A DNA stretch of 64,000 nucleotides. It comes from Daphnia carinata. Lineage: Eukaryota. A program made the translations under genes and the position numbers. Of the stretch, positions 26,812 through 39,531 are shown one piece after another. The stretch covers positions 11,842,001 to 11,906,000 of the forward strand of contig NC_081333.1 of NCBI RefSeq assembly GCF_022539665.2. The letters are read 5' to 3'. Positions within the stretch are counted from its first letter, which is position 1; every line of letters begins with the position of its first letter. The notes beneath the pieces were generated by a model, which saw only the letters and a program-made list of their open reading frames with translations, did no database searches and was not told the DNA's origin.

Positions 26812-29800
26812 GGTTGTGATTGTGAAATAATTATCTTTGTACATAGCTTGTTCCAAGTCACGTCACATTGGAATGGACGAGTCAACTCAAAGACCAAACG
26901 ACAGGTTTCTTTTACAATCGGTCTATTGACATCGATATTGATTTCCGTTTCGAAAGCTGTCTTCATTCATACAAACAAGTCAAAACATTTTTAGACTTGC
27001 TCTTTCGAGTTGCAACCGTCCTGCATGCCGGTTAGCTATCATGTGGAACTTGTAGTGGAAAAAAAAGGCAAATAATCCACGACTCATTCGACACAAAAGA
27101 GCATAGATTTAATTCTTTTAAAATAAAACGATTTGCGTAACGCAAAGTCGATTTAAATTTCATGTTGCCTCTGACGATAATTGGAAAGTGCGATGTGCCG
27201 TTTCGTGAAAAGACTGCCGCGAAAATCTTTATCGCACTTTCACGGGGAATTGTACGTGTCTAGACACGACATAACAGACGGCCGGGCCTTTCAGTTTGTT
27301 ACAAATTGTTATAAAGCTACCCGAAAAAAAGAAGACTATCAGTCGGTGGGTACATCCTTCGTCGCGTAAAAATTGCAACTCAAAATGTCTTTTGTCAAAG
27401 TACAATAGAGCGAACGCGTACAAGATGGTTACACGCGTGACGAAATTTACCTGTTGCTGCTGACGATCCACTTGTTAAACTTGTACGTTATTGTTAATGG
27501 TGGCAAAATCACTCACAACAAAGGCTCTACCAACATACAGGTTAGTTTACGTTTAAGTAATGTTAAATAAATTTTAGCGCTAAATGTTTCAATTGTACCG
27601 ATTTGCATAATTTTTTTGTGTTCGAAACAATCGATGATATACATCACTAAACGTAGCTTTTAGGTTGGTGACCCGTCGTAAAGAGGAAAGGTAAGAAACA
27701 GAAAGAACTGCCCCATCCTTGGAAATATATGGGGGGGAGTAAGTAATTTGTTAAAAGTATCTCTATAGGGGAACAGGTGAGATAATCTACCAAACCTGAT
27801 AGAAAAGCTTTCAAGGACAACGGTTTTCAGAAAAGTTCAACGAATCTCATCAAAAAAGGATGAAAGCAATAGGCCCTTGGCAAAAGCTCACCAAAACGCA
27901 ATCATAAAATGACAAACAACATTGCACAATAACTACGATTCACGAAATGAGATGAGCAATGACTTGAATGTTTCCAAGTGTTTTCAATTTTTATACATCG
28001 CAAAATGAAAAGAGGCTGTGATGCAGAAGGTAAAGATTCAAATCCCGTTAAAATTTTCACAAATTATTTTACCCTTATTATACATTTTAAGGTTTAAGTG
28101 GAGAGTTATATGCTATACAGCGTATATCCGTAGGTGCGACGATGGACTAATTTGTGGACATCACGAAAAGGGGCAATCCTATTTTTACTACTAGGATAAT
28201 ATGTCACTAAAAGCTAAATAAATTCGTTCCGGTCTGTACAGTAGAGATGCTGAATCAACGTAACAACTGGTGGCTAATTTGCTGAGGCTAGAAATGATAA
28301 CTGTCCTAAGGTTGATGTCATTGCAAATAGAAAAGCAAACGCATATAGCGTAGCGAATAGATAAATTTATTTGATGAAGCCCAGAAAAATGTGAAAAAGG
28401 TATAATGGTAAAGAAGAGAACATTACAACTGGACCGAAAGACTAGCGCAGTTGACTGTCCCCCTTTGATTAATAACTACGAAATTCTTTTGCTTATGGAA
28501 CAGCATTACAAGAGTTGAATTGAATCCACTGAGGCGTTATGACATTAGAAATAGTGAGATGGCTGCATGATAAAGCCAGAGGAACACCACCTTCTTGACG
28601 TCATTCGCTAGTGGGCATTACGTAAAGTGCATTTTGAATATCGAAATCAACGAGGCATGTCAGCTTCCCCCAATGCGTTGGCGTGCAGTGCCTACGAAAA
28701 AAAAAAAATTTCTTTTGTTGATTCCCGAAGTTCGCTCAACATCGCGGTAACTAACGGATTTTGGCAAAATGTGACGCAAAAATAACGTGCTCGCATTTTG
28801 TGACTGTGTGACGTGCACTCGAAGTTTTCGTGACCGTATTGTTGATAGAAACTTGAGGGAATGACACCGTTTCAGCAAACACGGAGAGACATTAACTCAA
28901 AATAAACACCCAAATAACAAACGCAGAACGTGGTAAGCTGTAATTTAAATTTTTATTCAAAAAACGTTTGTATTTCTAGTGTTGAAAATGATGACACGGC
29001 ATTTTCAACATTTTCCCAGCGTTTTCGGTCGGAAATTATACGCTTTCCGGAATCTGTCCAAGGATCTCTTTCGCGGTTCAAACGGAAGACTCCTCTTCGT
29101 TCACGTTGACTCAACCGCTACCACCGTACTTAACCACTAAATTATATAGAGGGGGAAAAATGACATTGTAAAGACATTTTATTTCTAATGGATTTTCGTC
29201 ATATTGCGTCAGTCATGTCGCAGATCAGTAAAGACGATAAACTGTCTCGTTATCCACCATTTTGATTGAACTCGTTGATACATTCATCACAAGACCACAG
29301 ACTGGCGGAAATTTCAATAAAAGACGAATGTAGCTATCATGTAAAGCTTTGAGAAGAATCTGCCTACCTCATGCGCATCAGGTAATCAATACGACCCAAG
29401 TGACTTCCTTTTTCCAGATTTATTCTTTTTGAACTTGTAAAAAATAAAATACAATATGATTCCACACAGAAAGTTGTACTGCCAGAGTGAAAAAGAGCCA
29501 ATTAAAATCATTGCAACGCAGATTTACATTCAGTCGTTCCAATAACAACCCGCAAAACTGAGTTCCATTTGGAATCAAAGGAGAATGGGAATTGACGTCA
29601 CTGAGTTGCTTTCGTAAAGACTACAAATGTTACACACCCACTACAAAATCTGATTCGTCCTGTAGTCTACCGTCAACTTCTTAGGCACGGCTGCGCTGGG
29701 TAGGTAACTAAGATAATATCGCAGTCCATGTGATCGAGGTAATCCACGCATCGCTACCTTGCTTGCTCTCTGATTCAACTAGCGTTACATTTAAATAATT

Positions 29801-30257
29801 TATCAATAAATATGCACTATTTTTTATGGCAGCATTGACGAAAAGCCACGAAATGTTGCAGCGTAGCAAAAATAATCTTCTGTCATGATACTCCAAGGCA
29901 GCTGCCTCATTGAACGGAAGAAAACTTCCTGGGCCAAAAACTTATTTTTGTTTTGTTTTTTATTTTTGTTTAATTCGTATTCGACGTTGTCACTAGCATG
30001 GTTGTTACAGATGCGGATCACAGCAAAGGAAATAAGAAATTCTTTGCGGTAAAAACTAAGATCCGCAATAATCGATTTAAGTTGTTTGACTGATAAACTT
30101 TTCGTATCGATATCTTATGTCGTGAAAAAAAAATAATAAAAAGCAGCAGCCTGAGGACATGTACTTTTTGCTTTTTCATTGAACCTTGATGCAACCGTTT
30201 GATGGCAAAATGTCGGAAAATTAGGGCATCAAATTGTTCGTGAGCATCTCTACTAAA

Positions 30258-32597
30258 ATGCCCACCAACAGAAAGTATCGGCGTGATCAAAGTGAAGTCA
30301 GTTGTTGCCTAAAGTATCTCATATTTGGGTTCAATGTAATTTTCTGGGTAAGTAATCTGCAAACAAAGACCTGTATTGACTTGAAATTACATCTCTTCTG
30401 CTTGCCCTGATTTAGCTGACTGGACTTGGTATTATGGCTGTGGGAATCTGGGCCTGGACGGAGAAAGATACATTCAGCAACTTGCAAAGACTTACAAACG
30501 TGGCTTTAGATCCAGCATTCATTCTGATTGTCGCTGGAGCTGTTACCTTCATTATTGGGTTCACAGGCTGTGTTGGAGCACTAAGAGAAAACACTGTTCT
30601 TCTTTCAGCAGTATGAATCCTCGGATTACCATATGTGTATTGTTTGTTTTTTTTAACCAGTTTTTCATTGTTTTCAGTATGCTATCTTTCTTGCAATTCT
30701 TCTGTTGCTTGAAATGACAGCAGGAATTCTAGGTTTCATATTTAAAGATTGGGTAAGATATTAGCTTGACTCTAAGCCTTATTGTATTTTCTGAACAATG
30801 TTTCTTTTTGCTTAGATAAAGCAGCAAGCCACTGGAGGATTTCAAGCATTCATTGTGCATTATCGAGATGACCCAGATCAACAAAATCTAATTGATTGGA
30901 TACAAGAGGGATGGGTACTACCATCCATTTTCTAATGTTTATATTTCCCAGTATTAATTGTGCCTTTATAGCTCCAATGCTGTGGCATCGAAGGACCCAA
31001 AGACTGGGATAGAAACATTTATTTCAACTGTTCATCAGCAGAAGTAGGAAGCAGAGAGGCTTGTGGTGTTCCTTTCAGCTGTTGCAAACCTCAACCAAAT
31101 GTAAGCATGTTTGAGAAAAAATTTTGAATTTTACAATACTAAATGTAGTCATTAACAAGTATCTCTCTTTTATCAGGAGATTATAAAAAATAAGCAGTGC
31201 GGATACGACGTTAGGAAACCGGATTATGTAAATATCTTTTCCCTTCTCACACTTTTTTCTAGTTGCTTAAACATTCCGTAATGCTTTTGTATCGCAAATT
31301 CACCGGGTTGGTAGCTAGTGGTTAGCAGGGTAACTAAGGCATTGGCAATGTACTTCAGCAAATGAAGCAATGACGGGCAGAAGTATGTACAATTTGCTTT
31401 TTCTAAACATAATCTTCCCTGTGCATTGGCACACAGCGCAACGTAGAGACAAAATAATAATCTAGTATCTCTTTCTTGCCCATCCAACCATCAAAAAAGG
31501 AAAATGCAAATAGTGATCATACTTCTCCCCCAATCTTTATGAACTAATAATTTGTTAGATCTTCTTTTTTGTTTTTGTTTTCGGGTATTCCTCAAGTCAC
31601 CCTTTCACGTTATGTATTGTGCTAAGTTCACACCTATGTTTCACCTTGGAAGCACTAGAATTTTACATAAGTGGTATTTGGGGCATATGGAATCTATAAT
31701 TCTACCTTCTTTCAAACCCATTTTTTTTGTGTGCTTGGTTAATGTACAGCCGGGAGATCGGAGTATGGTTGTATACGACCGGGGCTGCTTGAGGGCAGGG
31801 GAGGATTGGGTTGAGGTTAACCTTATTCCAGTTGCTGGAGCAGCCGTGGGTATCGCCATCCTCCAGGTATTAGTGATCTCATAGTGCTATCAGTGTAACT
31901 ATCTTTAGGAAAAAAATTGAGCAACCAGGGCCCTTCATTTTAAGAGGTAAGTGGTAGGATTTATTTTGCTTTTTTGCATGGTATGATAGTAGGTCCTTAT
32001 GATGGCACTATTGAACGAACTAATGTATTTAGTATCTATTGTTGGTCATGGTACGTGGGACTCTTTCGGTGGCTCGGACTGGTGCCGGTTCTTGAAAACT
32101 TACTGGTTACGGATTTCTTTCCTCCATTTCCATCTTCCATTGATGTAGCGTCAATACGTTATTCAAACACCTCCACTCCTCCCTTTGATATCATCAGAAC
32201 TATGACGTGGCGAAAATCATCAACGATAAAGGTTGCCTGCCAGCAGGAGAAGAATGGCTGGAACGGAATCTCCTTGTAGTAGCCGGTGTTGCTGTCGGCA
32301 TAGCCTTCCTTCAGGTATTTTCTCTTGATGTTTATTCGGAGAGCGTGGGGAAGTGTATTTCTTCATTGGCAAAACAATGCTTATCAAATGGTATGTAAAA
32401 TTGGAAATTCATCGTGAATCGATTCATGGAAATATCGTCAGTAATGCACGTTGCTGCTACAAAATGTTTGCATTTTTACGTAATGGCCCTGATCTAAATG
32501 GAACTGCGTTTTACTCTTATCGCAGATACTCGGGATTTGCTTTGCCCAAAATCTGCGTGCTGACATATTCGCCCAGAAGTCGAAGTGGGGTCGTTAA
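30258..32597 (+). CDS. TspanC8-subfamily tetraspanin (TSPAN5/17- or Tsp26A-like), 275 aa with either exon 7a or 7b
   Basis: Exons 30258-30347, 30416-30610, 30678-30752, 30816-30914, 30972-31100, 31177-31227, 7a 31750-31866 or 7b 32198-32314, and 32526-32597. All introns are GT-AG, phase 0. Motifs: SCCLKYLIFGFNVIFW, GCVGALREN, YRDDPDQQNLIDWIQ, CCG, DW..NIYFNC, CGVPFSCC, QCGY, GCL. Eight Cys in the large extracellular loop and four TM segments. Confidence 0.95.
31750..31866 (+). CDS. Tetraspanin exon 7a (PGDRSMVVYDRGCLRAGEDWVEVNLIPVAGAAVGIAILQ)
   Basis: 117 nt, cag| acceptor, |gtatt donor, phase 0/0; carries the 8th LEL Cys and the first part of TM4. Confidence 0.85.
32198..32314 (+). CDS. Tetraspanin exon 7b (NYDVAKIINDKGCLPAGEEWLERNLLVVAGVAVGIAFLQ)
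   Basis: 117 nt, cag| acceptor, |gtatt donor, phase 0/0; colinear homologue of exon 7a. Confidence 0.9.
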
Positions 32598-35500
32598 TGG
32601 AGACAAACAGAATCATCGGAGCGCTTCATAACATGGATCTGACTGCGTCCATTTTTATCCTCATCTGATTGCTGATCTTAATTTCCATTACCCCTCTCTT
32701 CCTTCGTATTGGCTGGTCTGCACGTCCATAACAGGGATTGTTGACTCTCACAATGGATTTCTCTTTGGTTGTAACTTAAAAGATACTTAAATTTTTAACT
32801 CTTCTGCGCACAGTTGTAGCAACAAGGTACCGAATTATTCGAACAAAACTATTTGTGCAGAGTTACGAGTTGAACAAAGCCGCTTGCAGTATTTTCGGCT
32901 CAGCCTCTCTAAATGAAGCGGCCCGCTTTGAATTGCGCCACGTTTAATAAGTTGGCGTCAAATTTCTGGGGGCACTAAGAAAAAAGGCAAACTAATATTC
33001 GCTAGATTGCAGATAGGCTAACTCTCGTTATCTTCTCAAAGCCTGTAAATCTCATCCTCTATGTAGTAACTCATTGGTCTTGATCTTGGCCCGGGGATGA
33101 TTCCTTGTTTTTACCCGGTAACACGCAAATATCTTGGCATTGAAGCTCTTTCCAAAATTCACTTTTGAAGTTTTGTCGTGGATGTCTTAGCCTGACTGAA
33201 GTTTCAAGTGATCTGAATGTTTTTATAGCCTCAACCGTTCAATACATTGTTTTTCTTTACATAGTCATCGCTTGGCTTACATTTTTTTTAACATAACCTA
33301 CTGACTACAAATTCTCTACCTAAGTTAGCGGGCTTGATCTTTTTCTCTCGTTTCGAGTTGTTGTGTGGGTGTCATAGTATTGCCTGCGTGTCATTTTAGC
33401 TATCGTGCCGCCGTGAGGAAATTGGACAAAGCGGAAATCGAACACGGAACAACGAAATACAAGTGGAGGGCTATAATCACTGTGCCATGACTACACATCT
33501 CATATAAACTTGTCTCTGGTCGCCGTATGGCTTGTAATGGTATCTACGGTACTACGTTTTGGAAAAGTTTGGCACTGTGCCGAAGTTCGGGATTCCTGTG
33601 CTGTTTGCTCGAGTTTGAATCTTTTGGACTTCTTTTTTTACACGCGATTCTATCTACTTTAAGCAACCACGTTAATTACCTAAACTTGATCTTATTAAGA
33701 ATTTAAAAGATTCCTAATTTCCTTTTTGTTCATTGGTGGGATATTGACGAAATGTATCCTTTGCGGCTCAGGAGGCGTCGCCAAAAATTTTTTATTAAAC
33801 TTTTTAAAGGGATCTTTCACAGTTTTTTTAAACCTTTATAATATGTAGTGGGAAGGGAAAGCTAACCAAACTAAATTTTCTAAATAACTGAAATGTATGG
33901 CATACATGTCCACAGGCATTTTGGACGGTTAATTGTTTCATCGCCCGGAGTAATTGTTTGTCTTTTTATCCCATATGCACCTCCTTGCTTTTTCTTTGTA
34001 CCTTTTTGTTTCGACAATTACGAGAAAATGCAATATTTTTGAGGAACGGAGCGCATCAGAAGTTAGAGGAGGGGAGATCAAATATCCGCCCGATCCTTTC
34101 GTTTTCTTCCTTTCACAGTTGGTGGCGAGACAGGGTAACGACATTGATCACGTAGTATTTTGTCAAACATGAATGCAAACTCTCATCGCTATCCGATAAA
34201 GAGAAAAGTGAATTGCAGACAGACTTGTTTTTACGTTGTTGTTGGCTGTGCTCAACATTTGGAAACGTTTCTCTCGGACATAGGCGATTTAACGTGTGTT
34301 CATATATTTCTTTTTATATTCTATTCCCATCGTGTTACCGAAAGTCGAGACAGGCACGTAACTGATTTGAATACTAATACTCGTTGTCTGGTATTTTCTA
34401 GCCGACAAATAGTCACATTAGACTGCGACTTGTCCGTCCCCTGTAGGCCATTCCAAGAGAAGGTGAATCCTATCTATAGAATACGTCATGGTATTGGCTA
34501 TGACTCAACATTCCTGTCACCAACAGCAGATTTAGAAACGAAAAATTGTGTTACCATGATGACACGATGATGCTGTCATTTTGTTACTAATTAATATGTC
34601 GGTTGCTGATAAGAGTTGGATCACGACGTAAGAAAGTCAGGACTTGCCAAGTAAGATTAAGTCCTTCCCCTGCAACGGACGAACGAAGCGAAAAGTAGTG
34701 AAAAAGAAAAAAAAAGAGAATAGCGGTATGCGTCAAAGTCTATTTATTTTTTCCGGTTGCGTCCCAGTGTTCCAGTACATAAAAGATCTCGTTAAGTATC
34801 ACGGAATGTATACCAAAAACAGTTACTACGTTCGAAAGTGTTGATTTTCTATAGAAACCAAGGGGTCACGTGCACCAACTAGATCCGGGAAATTTCCCAA
34901 ATTTACGATAGGAAGTGAAACACTAGATTACTTACTTTGATCCATCTGTCTTCCGAGTGAAAAATGATAGCGTCTAAGTATGCATCTCTATAATCATGTC
35001 TATCGTATCTATAATCGTAATTCAACAAATCAGGTTCATGAAAGATTGATGTGAGAACGGCAAGTGTTCTATGGTAGGGAGGACAAGGAGGTTTCTATGG
35101 TAGAGGTGTATGAAATTGGTGTTGACGAATAACTATGATAGTGAACCCTGGTGCCCATCGCAAACGCATGCTATCTTAAAAGTCGAGCGGAAGAAGGTCT
35201 ACACGTATCAAGCAGAAGACACGAGAGATAAGTTATCCGTTTGTGATGACCGTTGAGCCGTATATTCAATGTAGGCTGTGAAACTCCGTAGAAATGAATT
35301 GAGTATAACTATAAATAAATGGATTAAACGAAAGTCGGATAAAAGGTAATAAACTTCTTTTATTATTTGCGCTCCGCATGCCATTGTTGCGGCCCTCTCC
35401 TTGGCTTTCTGATCCTGAAATAGATGCAGAGGTCTAACCAAAGGCACCACTATATTATTGTGTTGCATATCCACCAAAGAAAATGGCTTTAAATTTTAAC

Positions 35501-35972
35501 ATGACGGATCTGATATGAAGATTAATCAGGTTCGCATCGGAATCTCCAACGCGAAAATCTAGCAGTCATTGCTGTGTAACATTCTAATGATAGGAATGGG
35601 TAAGAACTTCAATTACAATTGTACTGTGACCTCAGTTCAACTGTACCAACACCGTTGAAAAGGTTAAGCAGCCGTCTGCGTTTTTCACTTCGATAGTTTA
35701 AGTTAATCTTGCTTCATTTTCATTTTAATGAGTCTAATTTGGAAGGCCGGAATTTTTATTTTCGTATCCGTTTCCAGAACTGAGAGCCAATCGCTGTTGT
35801 GACCTAACACCTTGCAGCGAGTCCGCGGAACAGCGATGCGCAGCGGGAATCACGTGACAATCTGGAAGCCAATAAGATGATAGTGGAGGCAGTTAGCGTG
35901 GACGGCAGGACTGGCTTTTAGGCCAGTGGATCCATCGCAACGGCTCGCAGTCTATGACCGCAAGCGCTAATC

Positions 35973-37590
35973 ATGGCCGCACCGAATCAGCCAGAGTGGA
36001 CCACCCTCGGAAAATTAAGCCTACCCAAATCCGCCCAAACGAACGCCAAAAGTGTAGAAGTTCTCGTCTTCCAGGGACTTTACGATGGTAAAATTCCAGT
36101 CACTATTAAGCGAGCCAAAAAGTCGCTTAGCGTAGTCGACAAGAAAATCCTTAAGGACATCAATCATCCGATCATCACACGTTATTACACCACCGAAGCT
36201 GACGAGGAATTCTAGTACGATCGTATCATTTTTTTTTTTTTTTTTACGTCTTTTTATTTTGAAAAATGAAAATCCTTTTCGATGTTTTGTCTGAGCACCT
36301 GTGTCTCTTAAATCTTAACAGCTACATTGCGACGGAAATATCTACGGACACGTTGGAAGTTCTGGCTCTAAAGGGAGTCGAAGGTCGAAAGAATACGGAA
36401 TCAGAATCCACTAAACCAGCGGTGGGCACTCACAAGGATGTTCTTCACCAAATCACTCGAGCTGTTGCCTACCTTCACAACAAGAAAATGATCCATGGAA
36501 ACATCAATCCACAAAGTATTGTGATTTGCGAACAACCACCCACACTGAATGATCTTAAACCTTCACCTAGAGCCAAATTAGCCAATTTCGAAGTCGAAGG
36601 GTATGCATTTCTTAAAATTTTCTTTCTTTTTTGCATTCGTTTTTCATTTTTTACATTTGTCATGAATATTCACAGGGCTCGCGACGGTTGGAAAGCGCCT
36701 GAGTACGAACTGAAACCAGAGGATTTATCGCCGGCTTCTGATGTAATACTGCATCTATAATCAATTCGAATAAGATACATTAACAATAATGTAAGATTTA
36801 ATGTAACAGATATTTTCATTGGGCATCGTCTTTGCATACTTGCTTTCCAATGGTCTACATCCTTTTGGTCCTGTTCATCTCCAACAGAGCAAGTACGAGC
36901 AACTTCCTTTAAAACACTATTTTATTGATATAGCCTATTGAACGTGAAAGTACGAAAAGCCGATGAAGTATTCTTTTTGGATTTCTCCACCTGTCTGAGG
37001 AGAAGCTGAACGATCCGAATGCCGTTGATCTTATGAAGCGGATGCTCGATAGCGATCCAACAACTCGAATTACCATAAAAGGTGTCCTTGGTCATCCTTA
37101 CTTCATGGGAGCCGAGGAAGCCGTAGCATTCATCTGCAAAGCGGTCGATGAGGTTCTGAAACCCGAAATGAATTTGGTTAACGAAGGAGGCAAAAGTTCT
37201 ATCATCAATGAACTGAAGAACGGCGAACAGCCCATCATTCGGGGTTACTGGAAACAATACCTAACGCCTTACGTACGGAAATTGATTGAACGTCGTAGTT
37301 ACGATGCCAAATCGTTGCCTGGGCTGCTGTTAGCCATCAGGGACAAGGTATGCATCGTAAAAGACAAGGCTAAAGTCAATCGTGAAATTTTATTACCTTG
37401 GGCGTGTTTTCTTTGCGTCTGGCGACTTATTTCTTTGCAGGCGGTCCAGTATGCAGATCAGTCACCTGAAGTCAAGGCTGAATTCGGAAGTAAACCAGAA
37501 GGTTACTGGATTTACTGGTCGACATTGTTTCCTTCTTTACTCATCCACACGTGGAGAGTTGTGGCGGGTCGACTTGGATCGAATATTTGA
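35973..37590 (+). CDS. IRE1-like pseudokinase + KEN (RNase-fold) protein lacking luminal and TM domains, ~399 aa
   Basis: Exons 35973-36214, 36322-36600, 36676-36742, 36810-36892, 36969-37347, 37441-37590 (1200 nt, open throughout). IRE1-like motifs: VFQGLYDG.IPVTIKR, HPIITRYY..E.DEEFYYIATE, LHQIT.AVAYLH, GWKAPE, SDIFSLGIVF.Y.LSNG.HPFG, DLMKRML.SDP..R.....VLGHPYF; KEN-like RRSY..SL.GLL.AIRDK...Y, FGS.PEGY..YW...FP.LL.HTW. The exon 5 acceptor (aag at 36966-36968) is weak and was chosen because it restores homology. Confidence 0.85.
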
Positions 37591-38746
37591 TTTCTTGTTT
37601 TGTTTTTCTTTATATTCTCCTTGAATTTCTTTTTCTTGCTATTTCTACATTTTCAAATTAGTAGTAGGTAGAGACAGAAAAATAGGGCAAACCAATCAGC
37701 ACTATGTAACTGCTTTAATTTTGTTGTGGGAGGAAACGAAAATAAATCGACATCATGTGCTGCCGTTCTAATGTTTAACAGGCTTTCGTTTTCGACAAGC
37801 CAAATGCCCACCACTGAAGACATGAGGGGGAGGAAAAGCAAGGTCTTGACAATCTAATCGGAAAAGCGGCTGCTTCTTGAGGCCAAGAATAGAGCGTTTA
37901 TTGATCCACGGTTGAGGTGACAATAACAAACTAGGATCAGCTGTTTCTAAACAAGTTTACGACTTTACCAAGTCGACAACATCTCCAGTGGCAACTGTCG
38001 ACCGATAGTTAAACAATACAATGAAACGCACAGTAGAATGCCAGAAATGTATGGTATTTTATGCTGTGTTCTCTTTTTCTTTGTCTTTTTTTGACACCAG
38101 TAGAAAGGAAATGTATCCTTGTGTGTTGAAACTGAACGCTAAAAGTCTTTCTCTTTTTTTTGCTACGTTGAGCCAGACCAATACATCAGGATTGCGTAGT
38201 GTCGTTTGCCAAGAAAGATAAGAGGTAAAACCTGCTACTGATTCCACGAACGGAATGTTCTCTCCATATGCAAGTGTTGGTCTGAGCCGTCATTGCTGTC
38301 GACGCTCTTGACATGTCTTCCACAAGGAATGCATCAGGTCAGTTGAGACTAGAGAAAATCCCGACATATGGCGTTCAACCAAAGTGTTGGTCGTAAAACC
38401 GTGTAAATGGAAATTACAGCGGGGTGTGTATGTTTGTTATAAATAACTTATCAAAATCACGTCCAAACGATGAGGTTTAACGAACGGGAAAAAGATCTTG
38501 GATAATGTCTGGCATTACGGCGTTATGATAAAAAACACTTTTTTGGCGAGCTGACAATTCAGATTAATATATGGTTCATCTCGTTAGAGATATTACGGTA
38601 TTTGAAACATCTACTGACACTCATTTATCTTTGAAATATGTCGAATAATTCTATTTATTTCTTTGTCTCCATACAAATAATTATGAATAAAATATGTTGT
38701 ACAAGAATTGGTCGTCAACAGAGGCACAGCATTGTTTAGTACCCGA

Positions 38747-39531
38747 TTAGTACTGCTTAGATGATTTGTAATTGTTTTGGTAAGAGGCCTTTGGATAAGC
38801 AGATGGAGCTGGGTATTTATCTGTCATGTACGGAGTAGATGGGTAGCTTGGTGGGTATTCAGCCTTGTATGAAGGGGCATTGTATGAGGGGGTAGGATAA
38901 GGGTAAGAAGAAGGAGCCTTGTATGAGGGGTTGGGTGAAGAGTAAGAAGAAGAACCCTTGTACGGAGCCGGTGCGTAGTTGTCGCCGTACTTGGGTTCTC
39001 CGGTATATTGCACGTCAGCAACGTATCCGTAAGAATCGGCCTTGTAGTTGACGGTCTGAGTTGTGCCATCGGGGAGATAGACGAAGTAGGATCCCTTAAC
39101 GTTTCCATAGCCGTCACTAGACTCTTGTTGGCCGAAGTTGGTGTATGTATAGTCATCCTTTACTTTATAGGCGAAGTCGTAGGGTTGTGGAGACTATGAG
39201 AAAAGGGATGCAAATGTATAAGCTATCATGGTTCTTGCAACACTAAGTAATAACACTTACCGCATAATAGTCGGGGCCAGAATAATCTTTCTTGTTTTGA
39301 TTGTAATCATTGTTGTAGTCTTGCTTGTTGTCCTTTTTGTAGCCCTGACCGTAGTTCATCGGCTGGTAACCATCACCTTTGGCGTAGGGGTCGTTTTGGT
39401 ATACTCCACCAGCGGCAGCAACGGCAACAAGAGCGGCGAAAAGGAAAATCTTTTTCAAAATATTAACAATGAAACGAGTAAAAACGAGAATGTATGGATG
39501 ACTTTTGAAAAAGAAGTTGGTTTACCTTCAT
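38747..39531 (-). CDS. R&R chitin-binding cuticular protein, family A copy 1 (213 aa; RR-2/pro-resilin-like, Tyr/Pro-rich)
   Basis: Exons 39531-39526 (MK), 39449-39261, 39193-38747. Signal peptide MKIFLFAALVAVAAAG. Domain PYDFAYKVKDDYTYTNFGQQESSDGYGNVKGSYFVYLPDGTTQTVNYKADSYGYVADVQY. Confidence 0.93.
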
